This document shows positions 8,657 to 18,777 of a DNA stretch of 60,732 nt, piece by piece. The stretch's first letter is position 1. Each line of letters starts with the position of its first letter. The stretch is from an uncultured Rikenellaceae bacterium (GTDB lineage Bacteria > Bacteroidota > Bacteroidia > Bacteroidales > VadinHA17), in contig CAYQZL010000006.1 in NCBI GenBank assembly GCA_964421975.1, positions 1 through 60,732 on the forward strand, given 5' to 3'. A program made the translations under genes and the position numbers. The notes below the pieces were generated by a model. It saw nothing but the letters and a program-made list of their open reading frames with translations, was not told the origin of the DNA and made no database searches.

Positions 8657-9676
8657 TCACTCCGATTCTTCTATATATTTTTTCAGTTTCTCCGAGGTCC
8701 AGGTCATGAAATTCCCCGAATCATCAGAATAAATAAGGAATGCTTCAAACTCCGGATGCTGATTAAGGAACTCTATGCTTTTGTCCTTACCCATTACCAT
8801 GCAGGCAGTTGCTATACCGTCGGCAGTAGTGCAGTCTGAGGCAAGGATAGTGGCACTTAAAAGCTGGTTTCTGGCAGGATAGCCTGTTTCCGGATCAATT
8901 GTATGGGAGTATTTAATACCATTTTCCACATAAAATTTCCTGTAATTCCCTGAAGTAGCCAGTGATTTGTTTTTCATCCTGATTATTGCCTGAAGCTCAT
9001 TCCCCGGAATCATATTATTGTCTGAGGGTCTGTCGATACCGATTTTCCAGAACTCACCTCCCTTATCACCCTTCACTCTTACTTCCCCGCCAATTTCAAT
9101 CAGGTAACTCTTTATATTCTTTTCGTCAAAATAGCGGCTTATAATGTCGACTGAAAAGCCCTGGGCAATTGCATTGAAATCAAGGCTCACCCGCGGATCT
9201 GATTTGATGAGTCTGCCATCGCGGATATCGACTTTTTCAAATCCGACGATCTGCATCAGACTGTCCCGGTCAGCTTCCGAAAAATTTTTATGAGCATCCG
9301 GTCCGAATCCCCATGCTTTAACCAGAGGCCCGACTGTAATATCAAATGCACCTCCTGTCAATGCCGATATTTCTTTCGATCTTTTAAAAACCTCGGTAAA
9401 AAGATCATCCGGAATATCGGTCTCATTCCGGTTTACACGGCACAGGACAGATGAATCTTCATAAAGTGAAAGCGACATGTTAAAATCCTGGAGTATCTTC
9501 TCAACTTCATTCTGCACGGCAGATACATTAAATCTGCCGGGATTTTCAAAGATCATACTATAGGTGCTACCCTGTGCTAATCCGTTGAAATTTGAGTAAA
9601 CCGGCTGGTCCTTACACGATGTTGCTGTAAAGAGGACACAAAAACCTAAACTTAAAAATTTGAAATACATATTCAT
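8657..9676 (-). CDS. apbE: FAD:protein FMN transferase (lipoprotein)
   Basis: Lipobox ATSC, GAFDITVGPLVKAWGFG, DFNAIAQG, EIGGE, ATSGNY, HTIDP, ADGIATA; follows nqrF. Confidence 0.95.
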   Translation of the reverse strand: MNMYFKFLSLGFCVLFTATSCKDQPVYSNFNGLAQGSTYSMIFENPGRFNVSAVQNEVEKILQDFNMSLSLYEDSSVLCRVNRNETDIPDDLFTEVFKRSKEISALTGGAFDITVGPLVKAWGFGPDAHKNFSEADRDSLMQIVGFEKVDIRDGRLIKSDPRVSLDFNAIAQGFSVDIISRYFDEKNIKSYLIEIGGEVRVKGDKGGEFWKIGIDRPSDNNMIPGNELQAIIRMKNKSLATSGNYRKFYVENGIKYSHTIDPETGYPARNQLLSATILASDCTTADGIATACMVMGKDKSIEFLNQHPEFEAFLIYSDDSGNFMTWTSEKLKKYIEESE

Positions 9677-9711
9677 CAGTTAAGATCTCACAGAGTTACA
9701 TAAAGAGTTTT

Positions 9712-10965
9712 TCAGATACCAAAGTCGTCAAACGAAATATTTTCTGCAGGCACACCGAGATCGTCCAGCATTTTAACAACAGCATCATTCATAACGGGCG
9801 GGCCGCAGAAATAATATTCTATATCTTCAGGTTCATCGTGTTTACTAAGGTAATTATCTAACAGAACCTGATGTATATTACCGGTCAGTCCTGTCCAGTT
9901 ATCTTCCGGCAGCGGAGCAGAAAGTGCAAGATGGAATTTGAAATTCGGGAACTGTTTTTCAATTGCCCTGAATTCATCTTCATAGAATACCTCCCTGAGT
10001 GACCTGGCACCATACCAGTAAGAGACTTTTCTGTTTGTCTCAAGTGTATGGAACAGATGAAAGATATGAGATCTCAGGGGAGCCATCCCGGCACCTCCGC
10101 CTATATAGACCATTTCACTGTTTGTATCTTTTATGTGAAATTCACCGTAAGGGCCTGAAATTGTTACTTTATCACCCGGTTTTCTGGAGAAGATAAATGA
10201 AGAGCAGATACCTGGCGGAACATTGAGATATTGATTCTTCTGGTTATCCCACGGAGGAGTTGCTATCCTTATGTTCAGTTTGATAAGATTCTTTTCAGCA
10301 GGATAGTTAGCCATTGAATATGCCCTGAAAGTTTCAGTGTTATTTTTTATACTGAAATCCCATACTTTAAACTTGTCCCAGTCGGATCTGAACTGTTCTT
10401 CAATAACAAAATCCCTGAAATTTGCAGAATATACCGGAACATCAATCTGTATATAACCACCTGGTTCGAAGTTCAGTTCCTCACCATCAGGGAGTTTAAC
10501 GACGAATTCCTTGATAAATGTAGCCACGTTCCTGTTCGACACCACTTCACACTGCCACTTCCTTATCCCCAGCACTGCATCAGGGACTTTGATCCTCAGG
10601 GATTCTCTGACCTTGACCTGGCAACTTAGTCGCCAGTTATTCAGTTGTTCCTTTCGTGTAAAAAAACCGGTTTCAGTTGGAAGAATTGATCCGCCTCCTT
10701 CAAGGATCTGGCATTTACACATTCCACAGGTACCTCCTCCCCCGCAGGCTGAAGGAAGGTATATCCCGTTTGAAGAAAGTGTTGAAAGCAGGTTTGATCC
10801 CGGTGAGACTATCACTTCCCGGTCGTTTATCGTCAGAGTCACATCGCCTTTCGGAGAGAGTTTATCCCTTGCAAAAAGCAGCATGATAACCAGAACAAGA
10901 ATAATTATAAGAAAAACAATTATACTGTACAGTAAGGTAAGCCCGGTTGAAACAGCTAAAACCAT
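9712..10965 (-). CDS. nqrF: Na+-NQR subunit F
   Basis: 2Fe-2S motif [12 protein letters not shown]...[34 protein letters not shown]. Confidence 0.97.
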   Translation of the reverse strand: MVLAVSTGLTLLYSIIVFLIIILVLVIMLLFARDKLSPKGDVTLTINDREVIVSPGSNLLSTLSSNGIYLPSACGGGGTCGMCKCQILEGGGSILPTETGFFTRKEQLNNWRLSCQVKVRESLRIKVPDAVLGIRKWQCEVVSNRNVATFIKEFVVKLPDGEELNFEPGGYIQIDVPVYSANFRDFVIEEQFRSDWDKFKVWDFSIKNNTETFRAYSMANYPAEKNLIKLNIRIATPPWDNQKNQYLNVPPGICSSFIFSRKPGDKVTISGPYGEFHIKDTNSEMVYIGGGAGMAPLRSHIFHLFHTLETNRKVSYWYGARSLREVFYEDEFRAIEKQFPNFKFHLALSAPLPEDNWTGLTGNIHQVLLDNYLSKHDEPEDIEYYFCGPPVMNDAVVKMLDDLGVPAENISFDDFGI

Positions 10966-10981
10966 ATTATGAATATTTCAA

Positions 10982-11599
10982 TTAAAAAGTAATTCCCATG
11001 AATCCCATGAATGCAATGGCCATTAATCCGGTAAGAATAAATGTAATACCCAGGCCCTTGAGTGGATCGGGGACATTACTGTACCGCATTTTTTCCCTTA
11101 TTGCCGCTATTCCCACAATGGCAAGGAACCAGCCTACTCCTGAGCCTGCACCGAAGACCGTTGCTTCAGCAATATTTGCATATTCCCTTTCCTGCATAAA
11201 TAGTGAAGCTCCCAGTATTGCACAATTCACCGCTATCAGAGGAAGGAATATTCCCAGAGAGTTATAGAGTGCAGGACTGAATTTCTCGACAACCATTTCC
11301 ACAAGTTGAACCATTGCGGCAATAATTGCAATAAAGACCATAAAGGTAAGAAAGCTGAGATCGACATCTGCAAATCCTTCGCCCAGCCATATAAGTGCGC
11401 CTTTTTTTAATATATACTTTTCAATCAGGAAGTTCACCGGTACGGTTATCAGCAGTACAAAGATCACTGCGATACCCAATCCGATTGATGTCTTTACAGT
11501 CTTTGATACAGCCAGATATGAACACATGCCCAGGAAGAAGGCAAAGACCATATTATCGACAAAAATCGATTTAATGAATATGTTAAGCAGATTTTCCAT
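10982..11599 (-). CDS. nqrE: Na+-NQR subunit E
   Basis: [28 protein letters not shown]; multi-TM. Confidence 0.97.
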   Translation of the reverse strand: MENLLNIFIKSIFVDNMVFAFFLGMCSYLAVSKTVKTSIGLGIAVIFVLLITVPVNFLIEKYILKKGALIWLGEGFADVDLSFLTFMVFIAIIAAMVQLVEMVVEKFSPALYNSLGIFLPLIAVNCAILGASLFMQEREYANIAEATVFGAGSGVGWFLAIVGIAAIREKMRYSNVPDPLKGLGITFILTGLMAIAFMGFMGITF

Positions 11600-11611
11600 A
11601 ATCAGTTTACA

Positions 11612-12265
11612 TTATTTATGTTCGATCAGACTCTTATCCCTGCTTCTCTGAACCCAGATAATCAGTCCCACTACTATCAGAGCCATAGGAGGGAGTATCA
11701 TCATACCGTTATTTTCATAACCTGTAGAGTAGATTCCTAGTTTCTGCATTACCGGGTACCCGAGTATAGTACCTGATCCCAGGAATTCCCTGAAGAATGC
11801 CACAATGATAAGGATCAGTCCGTAGCCTGCGCCGTTACCCACTCCATCAAGGAAGGAAGGCCAGGGTTTGTTTGCCATTGCAAATGCTTCCAGCCGGCCC
11901 ATAATTATACAATTGGTGATTATCAATCCTACAAAGACAGAAAGCTGTTTGCTTACATCAAAAGCATAAGCTTTAAGGATCTGATCAACCAGTATCACTA
12001 ATGTTGCAATAACAACCAGTTGTACTATAATTCTGATCCTCTCAGGTATATAGTTACGCATTGCCGCAATCACCACATTGGATATTGCTATCACTATAGT
12101 GACCGACAATGCCATTACAAGGGCTGGCTTAAGTTTCACAGTAACAGCCAGTGCCGAACAGATACCGAGAACCTGAATTGTGATCGGATTGTTTTTGCTC
12201 AGCGGACCTGTCAGCAAGTCCATATTCTTTGCCGAAAATAACGGCTCTTTTTCCGGAGCACTCAT
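11612..12265 (-). CDS. nqrD: Na+-NQR subunit D
   Basis: [36 protein letters not shown]. Confidence 0.97.
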   Translation of the reverse strand: MSAPEKEPLFSAKNMDLLTGPLSKNNPITIQVLGICSALAVTVKLKPALVMALSVTIVIAISNVVIAAMRNYIPERIRIIVQLVVIATLVILVDQILKAYAFDVSKQLSVFVGLIITNCIIMGRLEAFAMANKPWPSFLDGVGNGAGYGLILIIVAFFREFLGSGTILGYPVMQKLGIYSTGYENNGMMILPPMALIVVGLIIWVQRSRDKSLIEHK

Positions 12266-12268
12266 ATA

Positions 12269-12970
12269 TTAATTCCTGTTTTTTAATAAATAACTGTCAT
12301 ATTTACTTATGCAGTCGCTTAGCATTTTCTCAAGACCTTTACTTGTGATCGTTCCCCCTGATATGGCATCGACACCATGAATATCATCATCTTTAGCACC
12401 GCCTTTAATAACCTTCACCGAGACAAATTTCTGACCATCATACAGTTTTTTGTCGCGGAACATGTTTTCAAAAGGTGTTGTATTTATTTCAGCGCCCAGG
12501 CCGGGTGTTTCACCCTTATGATCAAAGGTCACACCATATATGGTATTCATATCCTGTTTCAACGAAACATATCCGTTAATCGGCCCCCAGAGGCCTTTCC
12601 CCTCTACAGGAAGTATTATGACCTGTTCACCATCCTCACCAGTGGCCCTGAATACGGGCAATGATTGCTGCTCAGGCGGTTTTTTCTGTTCATTTCTCAG
12701 AACCACGGTAAAGGCATCAACACCATCAACAGGTTCTCCCCTCGTATTAAGGACAAAACTTTCCTTAATATACCTGTCATATAATTCCACGGCATTGTGC
12801 CTGGTTGCAGGTATCCGTATCGATTCAAGCATACTCCTCTTCTTCTCTATTTCAAGATTCCTTGCCTGTGCAGGCTGAAGAAGTGTTGCTGCCAGTGAGA
12901 GTAATGCAGCGACGATAACAACCATCACTGTCGAGAATATGAATATATATTTATTACTGAAGTGTTTCAT
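12269..12970 (-). CDS. nqrC: Na+-NQR subunit C
   Basis: GKGLWGPI, HKGETPGLG, FMN-attachment motif DAISGGTIT. Confidence 0.96.
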   Translation of the reverse strand: MKHFSNKYIFIFSTVMVVIVAALLSLAATLLQPAQARNLEIEKKRSMLESIRIPATRHNAVELYDRYIKESFVLNTRGEPVDGVDAFTVVLRNEQKKPPEQQSLPVFRATGEDGEQVIILPVEGKGLWGPINGYVSLKQDMNTIYGVTFDHKGETPGLGAEINTTPFENMFRDKKLYDGQKFVSVKVIKGGAKDDDIHGVDAISGGTITSKGLEKMLSDCISKYDSYLLKNRN

Positions 12971-12979
12971 TTTTCCTGA

Positions 12980-14143
12980 TTATAGATTTACCGGTTGAAC
13001 ACGTCTTATTCTCCTTTTAATATTTGACTGAACCACAAAATGATCGATAAGCGGCGCAAAAAGGTTCATCAGAAGAATTGCAAGCATCACACCTTCGGGG
13101 TATGCCGGATTAAGCACCCTGAAAAGCACTGATAATATCCCTATGAGGAATCCGTAGATCCATTTACCCTTCTCTGTCTGTGCTGCTGTAACGGGATCAG
13201 TTGCCATGAAAACAGCTCCGAAGGCAAAACCACCCATTACAAAATGATAATAAAAAGGCAGTTCCATATACTCATTTGCCGCGAAAGCATTCAGCAATAA
13301 ACCCATTCCCAGACCTCCGGCAAATACGCTTAATATGATCTTCCAGCTTCCGATACCGGTAATTATCAGGATAAATGCACCTATCAAAATGGCCGCTGTT
13401 GAAGTCTCACCGACTGAACCGGGGATCGTTCCTATAAACATTTCCATGAACGACGGAAGATCTGCACTTTCTCCCTGCGCACACAATGCAAGAGGAGTGG
13501 CTCCCGAATAGCCATCAACCACATTCAGTCCGGCGGTAAGTCCGTCAGTCCATACTTTATCACCTGTCATCCAACCGGGATAACTGAAAAATATAAATGC
13601 CCTTGCCAGAAGTGCCGGATTAAAGACATTCATACCTGTTCCGCCGAATACTTCTTTTCCAAGTATAACTGCAAAAGCAGTGGCAAGTGCAAGCATCCAG
13701 AGAGGAACATCGATTGGCATGATCAATGGTATCAGCAGACCTGATACAAGAAATCCTTCATTGATCTCATGTCCTCTTATCTGTGCGGCGGTAAATTCAA
13801 TCCCAAGCCCCACAACATAACTGACTATTATAAGGGGTAGTAGTCTCAGAAATCCATACCAGAACATAAATAAAACCGTTGCATCTGTTCCGGTCGATCT
13901 GAAATGCTGAAGGCCGGTATTGTAACAACCGAAAAGAAGGGCGGGAACAAGGGCAATCAAAACTACGGTCATTGTCCTTTTGAGATCTATACTGTCGCGT
14001 ATGTGGGAACCCTTAAAGGTTACCCTATCCGGAACAAACAGGAATGATTCGAAACCCTCAAATACCGAATGAAGCTTCCGGAATTTACCTCCTTCAGAGA
14101 AGTGAGGTTTAAGTTTATCTAATTGTTTTCTAAGGGAATTCAT
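12980..14143 (-). CDS. nqrB: Na+-NQR subunit B
   Basis: HIRDSIDLKRTM, KEVFGGTGMN, FMN motif SGATPL, MATDPVT, YPEGVMLAIL. Confidence 0.96.
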   Translation of the reverse strand: MNSLRKQLDKLKPHFSEGGKFRKLHSVFEGFESFLFVPDRVTFKGSHIRDSIDLKRTMTVVLIALVPALLFGCYNTGLQHFRSTGTDATVLFMFWYGFLRLLPLIIVSYVVGLGIEFTAAQIRGHEINEGFLVSGLLIPLIMPIDVPLWMLALATAFAVILGKEVFGGTGMNVFNPALLARAFIFFSYPGWMTGDKVWTDGLTAGLNVVDGYSGATPLALCAQGESADLPSFMEMFIGTIPGSVGETSTAAILIGAFILIITGIGSWKIILSVFAGGLGMGLLLNAFAANEYMELPFYYHFVMGGFAFGAVFMATDPVTAAQTEKGKWIYGFLIGILSVLFRVLNPAYPEGVMLAILLMNLFAPLIDHFVVQSNIKRRIRRVQPVNL

Positions 14144-14164
14144 TATGCAAGTATCTCTGTAATA

Positions 14165-15517
14165 TTAACTCATTTCCTTTTTCATCAGATCCAGACCTTT
14201 TCTGACTATGTACTGAATCTCTGTTTTTGACGGACAGATAAATTCGCAAAGTGCAACATCCTCTTCCGCGATCTCATAAATACCAAGATTCTCCATCAGA
14301 TCTATATCTTCGGCAAGGATTGCTTTAAAAAGGTTCATCGGATAGATATCCATGGGAACAACCTTTTCATACTGCCCTGTCAGAACAAAAGCTCTTTCCC
14401 CGCCGTGCAGGTTGGTATCGATACTGAATGATTTTGACGGTAAAAGACTGGATAAGAAGGTACGGTAAAAGCTGAATTTATCCGCTCCGGGTGCAGCCCA
14501 TCCGAAAAACTCAAAGTGATCACCTTCCTTAATGACAGTGATCTGTGAATCATAATACCCCAGGAAACCTCCTGCAGATATTTTGCACCCTGTAAGCACA
14601 TTTCCGCTAATATATCTCAGACTGCCCGGCTTCACATTATCCTTTACAATATTTGCTACCGAACTGCCCGACAACATCTTATAATACTGAGGTTTGACTA
14701 CCTCCGAACCGGTCAGGGCCACTATTCTCTCAGGATCATACCTGCCCTCGGTGAATAGTCGTCCGATGGCATAAATATCCTGCAGGTTTACAAACCACAC
14801 TACCTCACCTTTGTTTAGCGGATCAAGATGATGGATATGAATCCCTACATTCCCTGCAGGATGGGGCCCTGAAAAATATGATATTTCCACATCAGGGCAA
14901 TCAGCAAAAAGGGCCGGAGCCTTTTCTTTCCCGTTCAGGATCAGATTAATCTTGCCGTCAGTAAGTTTTGATACAGCTTTTATACCAGTAAGGAATAATT
15001 TATTATCGGAATTTTCTATAATGAAATTATAATCCGGAGCCAGAGGAGCAGTATCAAATCCGGAAATAAATACCGATTTGGGCTTGTCTCCCGGCTTTGC
15101 AACCACGTGATAGGGTCTTTGCCTTATTGCCGGCCACAAACCTGAACTGATCAGCATTTCCTTTATCCTTTCAGGACTGAGAGAGCCCGGATCAGTCTTC
15201 ACAAAATCGACATATTCATCACCTTTTTTTTCGACAATAACCTCCAGTATCTTACGGCGCTCACCTCTTTCAACAGACAACACAGTCCCGCTTACAGGAG
15301 ATGTGAAAAGGATCTCGGGACGGAGCTTGTCATGGAACAAAGCCGATCCGGCTTTAACCTTGTCACCCGGCCTCACATCCAGCTTGGGAATAAGCCCCGG
15401 AAAATCTGAAGGACTGACTCCGAAATGATCCGGAACTGCCACCGGGCTTATGATCTTGTCAGCTTTCCCAATCAGAGGGATATCTAATCCCTTTTTCAAC
15501 CTTATTGTTCTGGACAT
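14165..15517 (-). CDS. nqrA: Na+-NQR subunit A
   Basis: IRLKKGLDIP, FTSPVSG, GPHPAGNVG, EEDVALCEFICPSK. Confidence 0.96.
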   Translation of the reverse strand: MSRTIRLKKGLDIPLIGKADKIISPVAVPDHFGVSPSDFPGLIPKLDVRPGDKVKAGSALFHDKLRPEILFTSPVSGTVLSVERGERRKILEVIVEKKGDEYVDFVKTDPGSLSPERIKEMLISSGLWPAIRQRPYHVVAKPGDKPKSVFISGFDTAPLAPDYNFIIENSDNKLFLTGIKAVSKLTDGKINLILNGKEKAPALFADCPDVEISYFSGPHPAGNVGIHIHHLDPLNKGEVVWFVNLQDIYAIGRLFTEGRYDPERIVALTGSEVVKPQYYKMLSGSSVANIVKDNVKPGSLRYISGNVLTGCKISAGGFLGYYDSQITVIKEGDHFEFFGWAAPGADKFSFYRTFLSSLLPSKSFSIDTNLHGGERAFVLTGQYEKVVPMDIYPMNLFKAILAEDIDLMENLGIYEIAEEDVALCEFICPSKTEIQYIVRKGLDLMKKEMS

Positions 15518-15581
15518 ATTATTTTAATTCCAATTATAGAAATTCAAAAACAGGGTTCTGTTAATTTGATAACATTGTCTG

Positions 15582-15589
15582 CAAATGTA
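15582..15589 (-). promoter_or_regulatory. -7 promoter element of the nqr operon
   Basis: TACATTTG on the minus strand, 65 nt upstream of nqrA. Confidence 0.55.
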
Positions 15590-15680
15590 TAAATAGCTCT
15601 CTAAAGTTTGCTAAAAATGCTAAATATGATTGTAACTTTTTTGCACTATTTTTGTAAATATTTTCATTCAAGCCTGCATA

Positions 15681-16970
15681 ATGACAAGAATACTGACATT
15701 TAGCATCTTCTATACCATTATCCTGCCTTTCATAAAAGGATCAGATTATGATCCGGCTTTTTACACCGACACCATACTTGATGACAGAATTAAAACGGTT
15801 CAGCTTTACAGGGAAGAATGGAATCTGTCATATCCCATTATCAGACTTAACAGTCCCGATAAACTTGTGTTTCACTTTGATCTTATTGACGATCAGGCTG
15901 AAACTTATTATTATACTTTAATCCACTGCGATAAAGACTGGCAGAAATCTGATATTTTCACGAATGATTATCTGGAAGGATTTACTTATGATGAAATAAC
16001 TGATTATAAATCATCATTTAACACTACGGTAAGTTACTATCATTACAAACTGATCTTCCCGGGTGACAGATTGAAACCCCGCATTTCAGGAAATTATATT
16101 CTTTATGTATATCCGTACGACAATCCTGAGAAACCGGTCATTACAAAACGCTTCATGATAACAGAAGATGCGGCAAAGATCGACATAAACGTACATCGTC
16201 CCCAGATGAACAAGGGCTTCAATGAAAATCAGCAGGTGGATTTTACGGTAAACATTTCGGGACTCGGTATCATTGATCCTTTCAGGAATATTTTCTCATT
16301 CATCCTGCAGAACGGAAGATGGAGCAATGCCAGGAAAAATCTTAAACCTGACATCTACAGCAATAATGAACTGAAGTACAATTCACTTTCAGACAGGAAT
16401 ATCTTCAAAGGAGGGAATGAATACCGGTATTTCGACATAAAAAGCATAAGACGTTCCGTTGAAAATATTGAAAGGATCGATTTTCGTCCGCCGAATTATC
16501 ATGTATTACTTACTCCTTCCGACAACCGCGAATTCAAACCATATTTTTACCGGCAGGATTTTAACGGAAAATACTTTGTTGCAATACAGGAAGGAAGGGA
16601 GCCGGATACCGATGCTGATTATGTATATGTCTATTTCACCTTACCCTCACCTGATCAGGTTAATGGAGGGAAAATATATGTCTCGGGTTCACTGGCAGGC
16701 TGGACTTTTAGCCCGGAAAATCTGATGTTATACGATCCTCAGCGGAAACAGTATGAATGTACCATGCTTCTTAAACAGGGCTGGTATAATTATGAATATG
16801 TAAATATCAATAAGGAAAACCTGGACGGAGTAGCATCAACATTTGAAGGAAGCCATTCCGAAACTGAAAACGATTACCATGTGCTGGTTTATTACAGAAA
16901 TCCGCGTGACCGTTATGACAGATTACTGTCCACAGGCAGTATAAACACTCTTAACCGGCTTACTTACTGA
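15681..16970 (+). CDS. DUF5103 family protein (T9SS plug-like)
   Basis: IKTVQL, FDL....YYYTLIHCDKDW, SFNTTVSYYHY, ISGNY, GGNEYRYFD, LKQGWYNY, ETENDY; TATTTTTG -7 element at 15647-15654. Confidence 0.75.
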   Translation: MTRILTFSIFYTIILPFIKGSDYDPAFYTDTILDDRIKTVQLYREEWNLSYPIIRLNSPDKLVFHFDLIDDQAETYYYTLIHCDKDWQKSDIFTNDYLEGFTYDEITDYKSSFNTTVSYYHYKLIFPGDRLKPRISGNYILYVYPYDNPEKPVITKRFMITEDAAKIDINVHRPQMNKGFNENQQVDFTVNISGLGIIDPFRNIFSFILQNGRWSNARKNLKPDIYSNNELKYNSLSDRNIFKGGNEYRYFDIKSIRRSVENIERIDFRPPNYHVLLTPSDNREFKPYFYRQDFNGKYFVAIQEGREPDTDADYVYVYFTLPSPDQVNGGKIYVSGSLAGWTFSPENLMLYDPQRKQYECTMLLKQGWYNYEYVNINKENLDGVASTFEGSHSETENDYHVLVYYRNPRDRYDRLLSTGSINTLNRLTY

Positions 16971-17484
16971 CATTCCCATGGGTGTCGATCCCATGCTGCA
17001 TCAATATTGTATGCTCAAGTGTCTTAAGGATCTCTTCCATATATTCCCTGACAGCCTTCACTGATCCTGGAAGAGTATAGATCAGTGCTTTCCCGCTGAT
17101 ACCTGCTATTCCTCTGCTAAGAAGTGCCGCGGGGTGGGTTGAACCATATTTGATCCTGATATATTCCATGATACCCGGGATCTCTTTGTCCAGGAAGGGC
17201 TTTACAGTTTCAACAGTTATATCCCTTGGACCAATTCCGGTCCCTCCCGTAGTAATTATGAGATTATATGTATCATGTGCTTTAAGCAATATTTCTTCCA
17301 GCTCATCCGGATCATCAGGTATTATCTTCATTTCAATATTATATGACCAGTTAAGCGATTTGAAAAACCGCGCCAGCTGATCCATGATCTCAGGACCGCT
17401 CAGGTCCCTGTATTCACCTCTGCTTGCCCTGTCACTGAGGGTGACAATCAGTACTTTAAATTTCTCAGGCAGATCCATATTCAT
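16960..17484 (-). CDS. mog: Molybdopterin adenylyltransferase (MogA/MoaB family)
   Basis: VTLSDRAS.G...DLSG, TTGGTGIGPRDITVE, LPGS. Confidence 0.9.
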   Translation of the reverse strand: MNMDLPEKFKVLIVTLSDRASRGEYRDLSGPEIMDQLARFFKSLNWSYNIEMKIIPDDPDELEEILLKAHDTYNLIITTGGTGIGPRDITVETVKPFLDKEIPGIMEYIRIKYGSTHPAALLSRGIAGISGKALIYTLPGSVKAVREYMEEILKTLEHTILMQHGIDTHGNVSK

Positions 17485-17491
17485 GTGTTTT

Positions 17492-18667
17492 TCAGATGTA
17501 TCGGAATGTTAATATTGTGTCCTTTTGTATCCGCGTAACTCCCACAGGAACAGAAATAATACCCTCTGCTCCGGTTAATGCCGTAATATGGGCCGATCCG
17601 TGGTACTCTACCGGGTCAATAAATCCATCATCAGTAATTTTTGCAGGGATCAGGGCCATCCTTTCAGCAAATTTCCTGGAAAATTCTCTTTTTAAGGGGA
17701 ATTTTAATTCAGCGGGTTCCCATTTGTAATTCATTATTGCCGCAATATATGGTCTGACGATCATTTCAAACATCATAAATGATGATACAGGGTTACCTGG
17801 AAGTCCGAAAACTTTCGCTTTTTCATGTATACCGAAAGTTGTTGGCTTACCTGGCTGAACAGCAACTCTGGTAAAAAGAAGCCTGACACCTGCACGTTCA
17901 AGTACTCCGGGAACAAAATCAAAATCACCCATAGATACTCCCCCGGTTATGATAACAATATCATTTTCCGAAATTGCCCTGTCAACCAGTCTTAATGTCT
18001 CTTCCTCATCATCCCGTGCAATACCATAATAGCTGCCTTTTGCTCCTGTTCCCGCTACCTGTGCAAGAAGCTGAAACGAATTTGAATTTCTTATCTGCGA
18101 TTCACCGGGCACGAAATGTGGTTCAACAAGCTCATCTCCGGAACTTATTACAGCTACTGAGGGACTTTTATTTACCAATACCGACACTTTTCCTGCCGAT
18201 GCCAGAACCGCAATTTCCTGAGGCCGTATCTTTATTCCCCTTGTAAGAAGAACTTCACCCTTTCTCACATCCTCCCCCATAAAAGATATATTATCCTTTG
18301 TATACGATCCCGTGAACTTGATTTTTCCGGAAGGCAGTGTTTCAGTCTCTTCAACTATTAATACACAGTCAGCGCCCTGTGGCAGACAGGCTCCTGTCAT
18401 TATCCTTGCGCACTGGTTTATACCAAGCTTTTGTGATGGTTTCTGCCCTGCCCGTATTGTTTCCGTTATTTCAAGTTCATGGTCTATCTCTGATCTCCGG
18501 CATGCAAAGCCGTCCATTGATGCTTTGTCGAAAGGAGGCATATTAATATCACTTGTCACATCCCCGGCAAGGATCCGGTTCAGCGATTCCATGAAAGGTA
18601 CTGTTTCAGTGCCGGCACTGAACACTGTGCTCATCACAATTTCCTGAGCTCTTTCAAGAGGTATCAT
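17492..18667 (-). CDS. moeA: Molybdopterin metal-insertase (MoeA/gephyrin family)
   Basis: PPFDKASMDGFA, IMTGA, SSGDEL, IRNSN, TGGVSMGDFD, QPGKP, GLPGNPVS. Confidence 0.95.
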   Translation of the reverse strand: MIPLERAQEIVMSTVFSAGTETVPFMESLNRILAGDVTSDINMPPFDKASMDGFACRRSEIDHELEITETIRAGQKPSQKLGINQCARIMTGACLPQGADCVLIVEETETLPSGKIKFTGSYTKDNISFMGEDVRKGEVLLTRGIKIRPQEIAVLASAGKVSVLVNKSPSVAVISSGDELVEPHFVPGESQIRNSNSFQLLAQVAGTGAKGSYYGIARDDEEETLRLVDRAISENDIVIITGGVSMGDFDFVPGVLERAGVRLLFTRVAVQPGKPTTFGIHEKAKVFGLPGNPVSSFMMFEMIVRPYIAAIMNYKWEPAELKFPLKREFSRKFAERMALIPAKITDDGFIDPVEYHGSAHITALTGAEGIISVPVGVTRIQKDTILTFRYI

Positions 18668-18777
18668 ATAATAACCTTATTTGTTAAGCAAATCCGTTAA
18701 CTTTTATTGATCCGGTAATTGTAACCCGGCAGAATGTAAAATATTATTTCAGAAGTGCGGGTCCTGTATTTCAAACA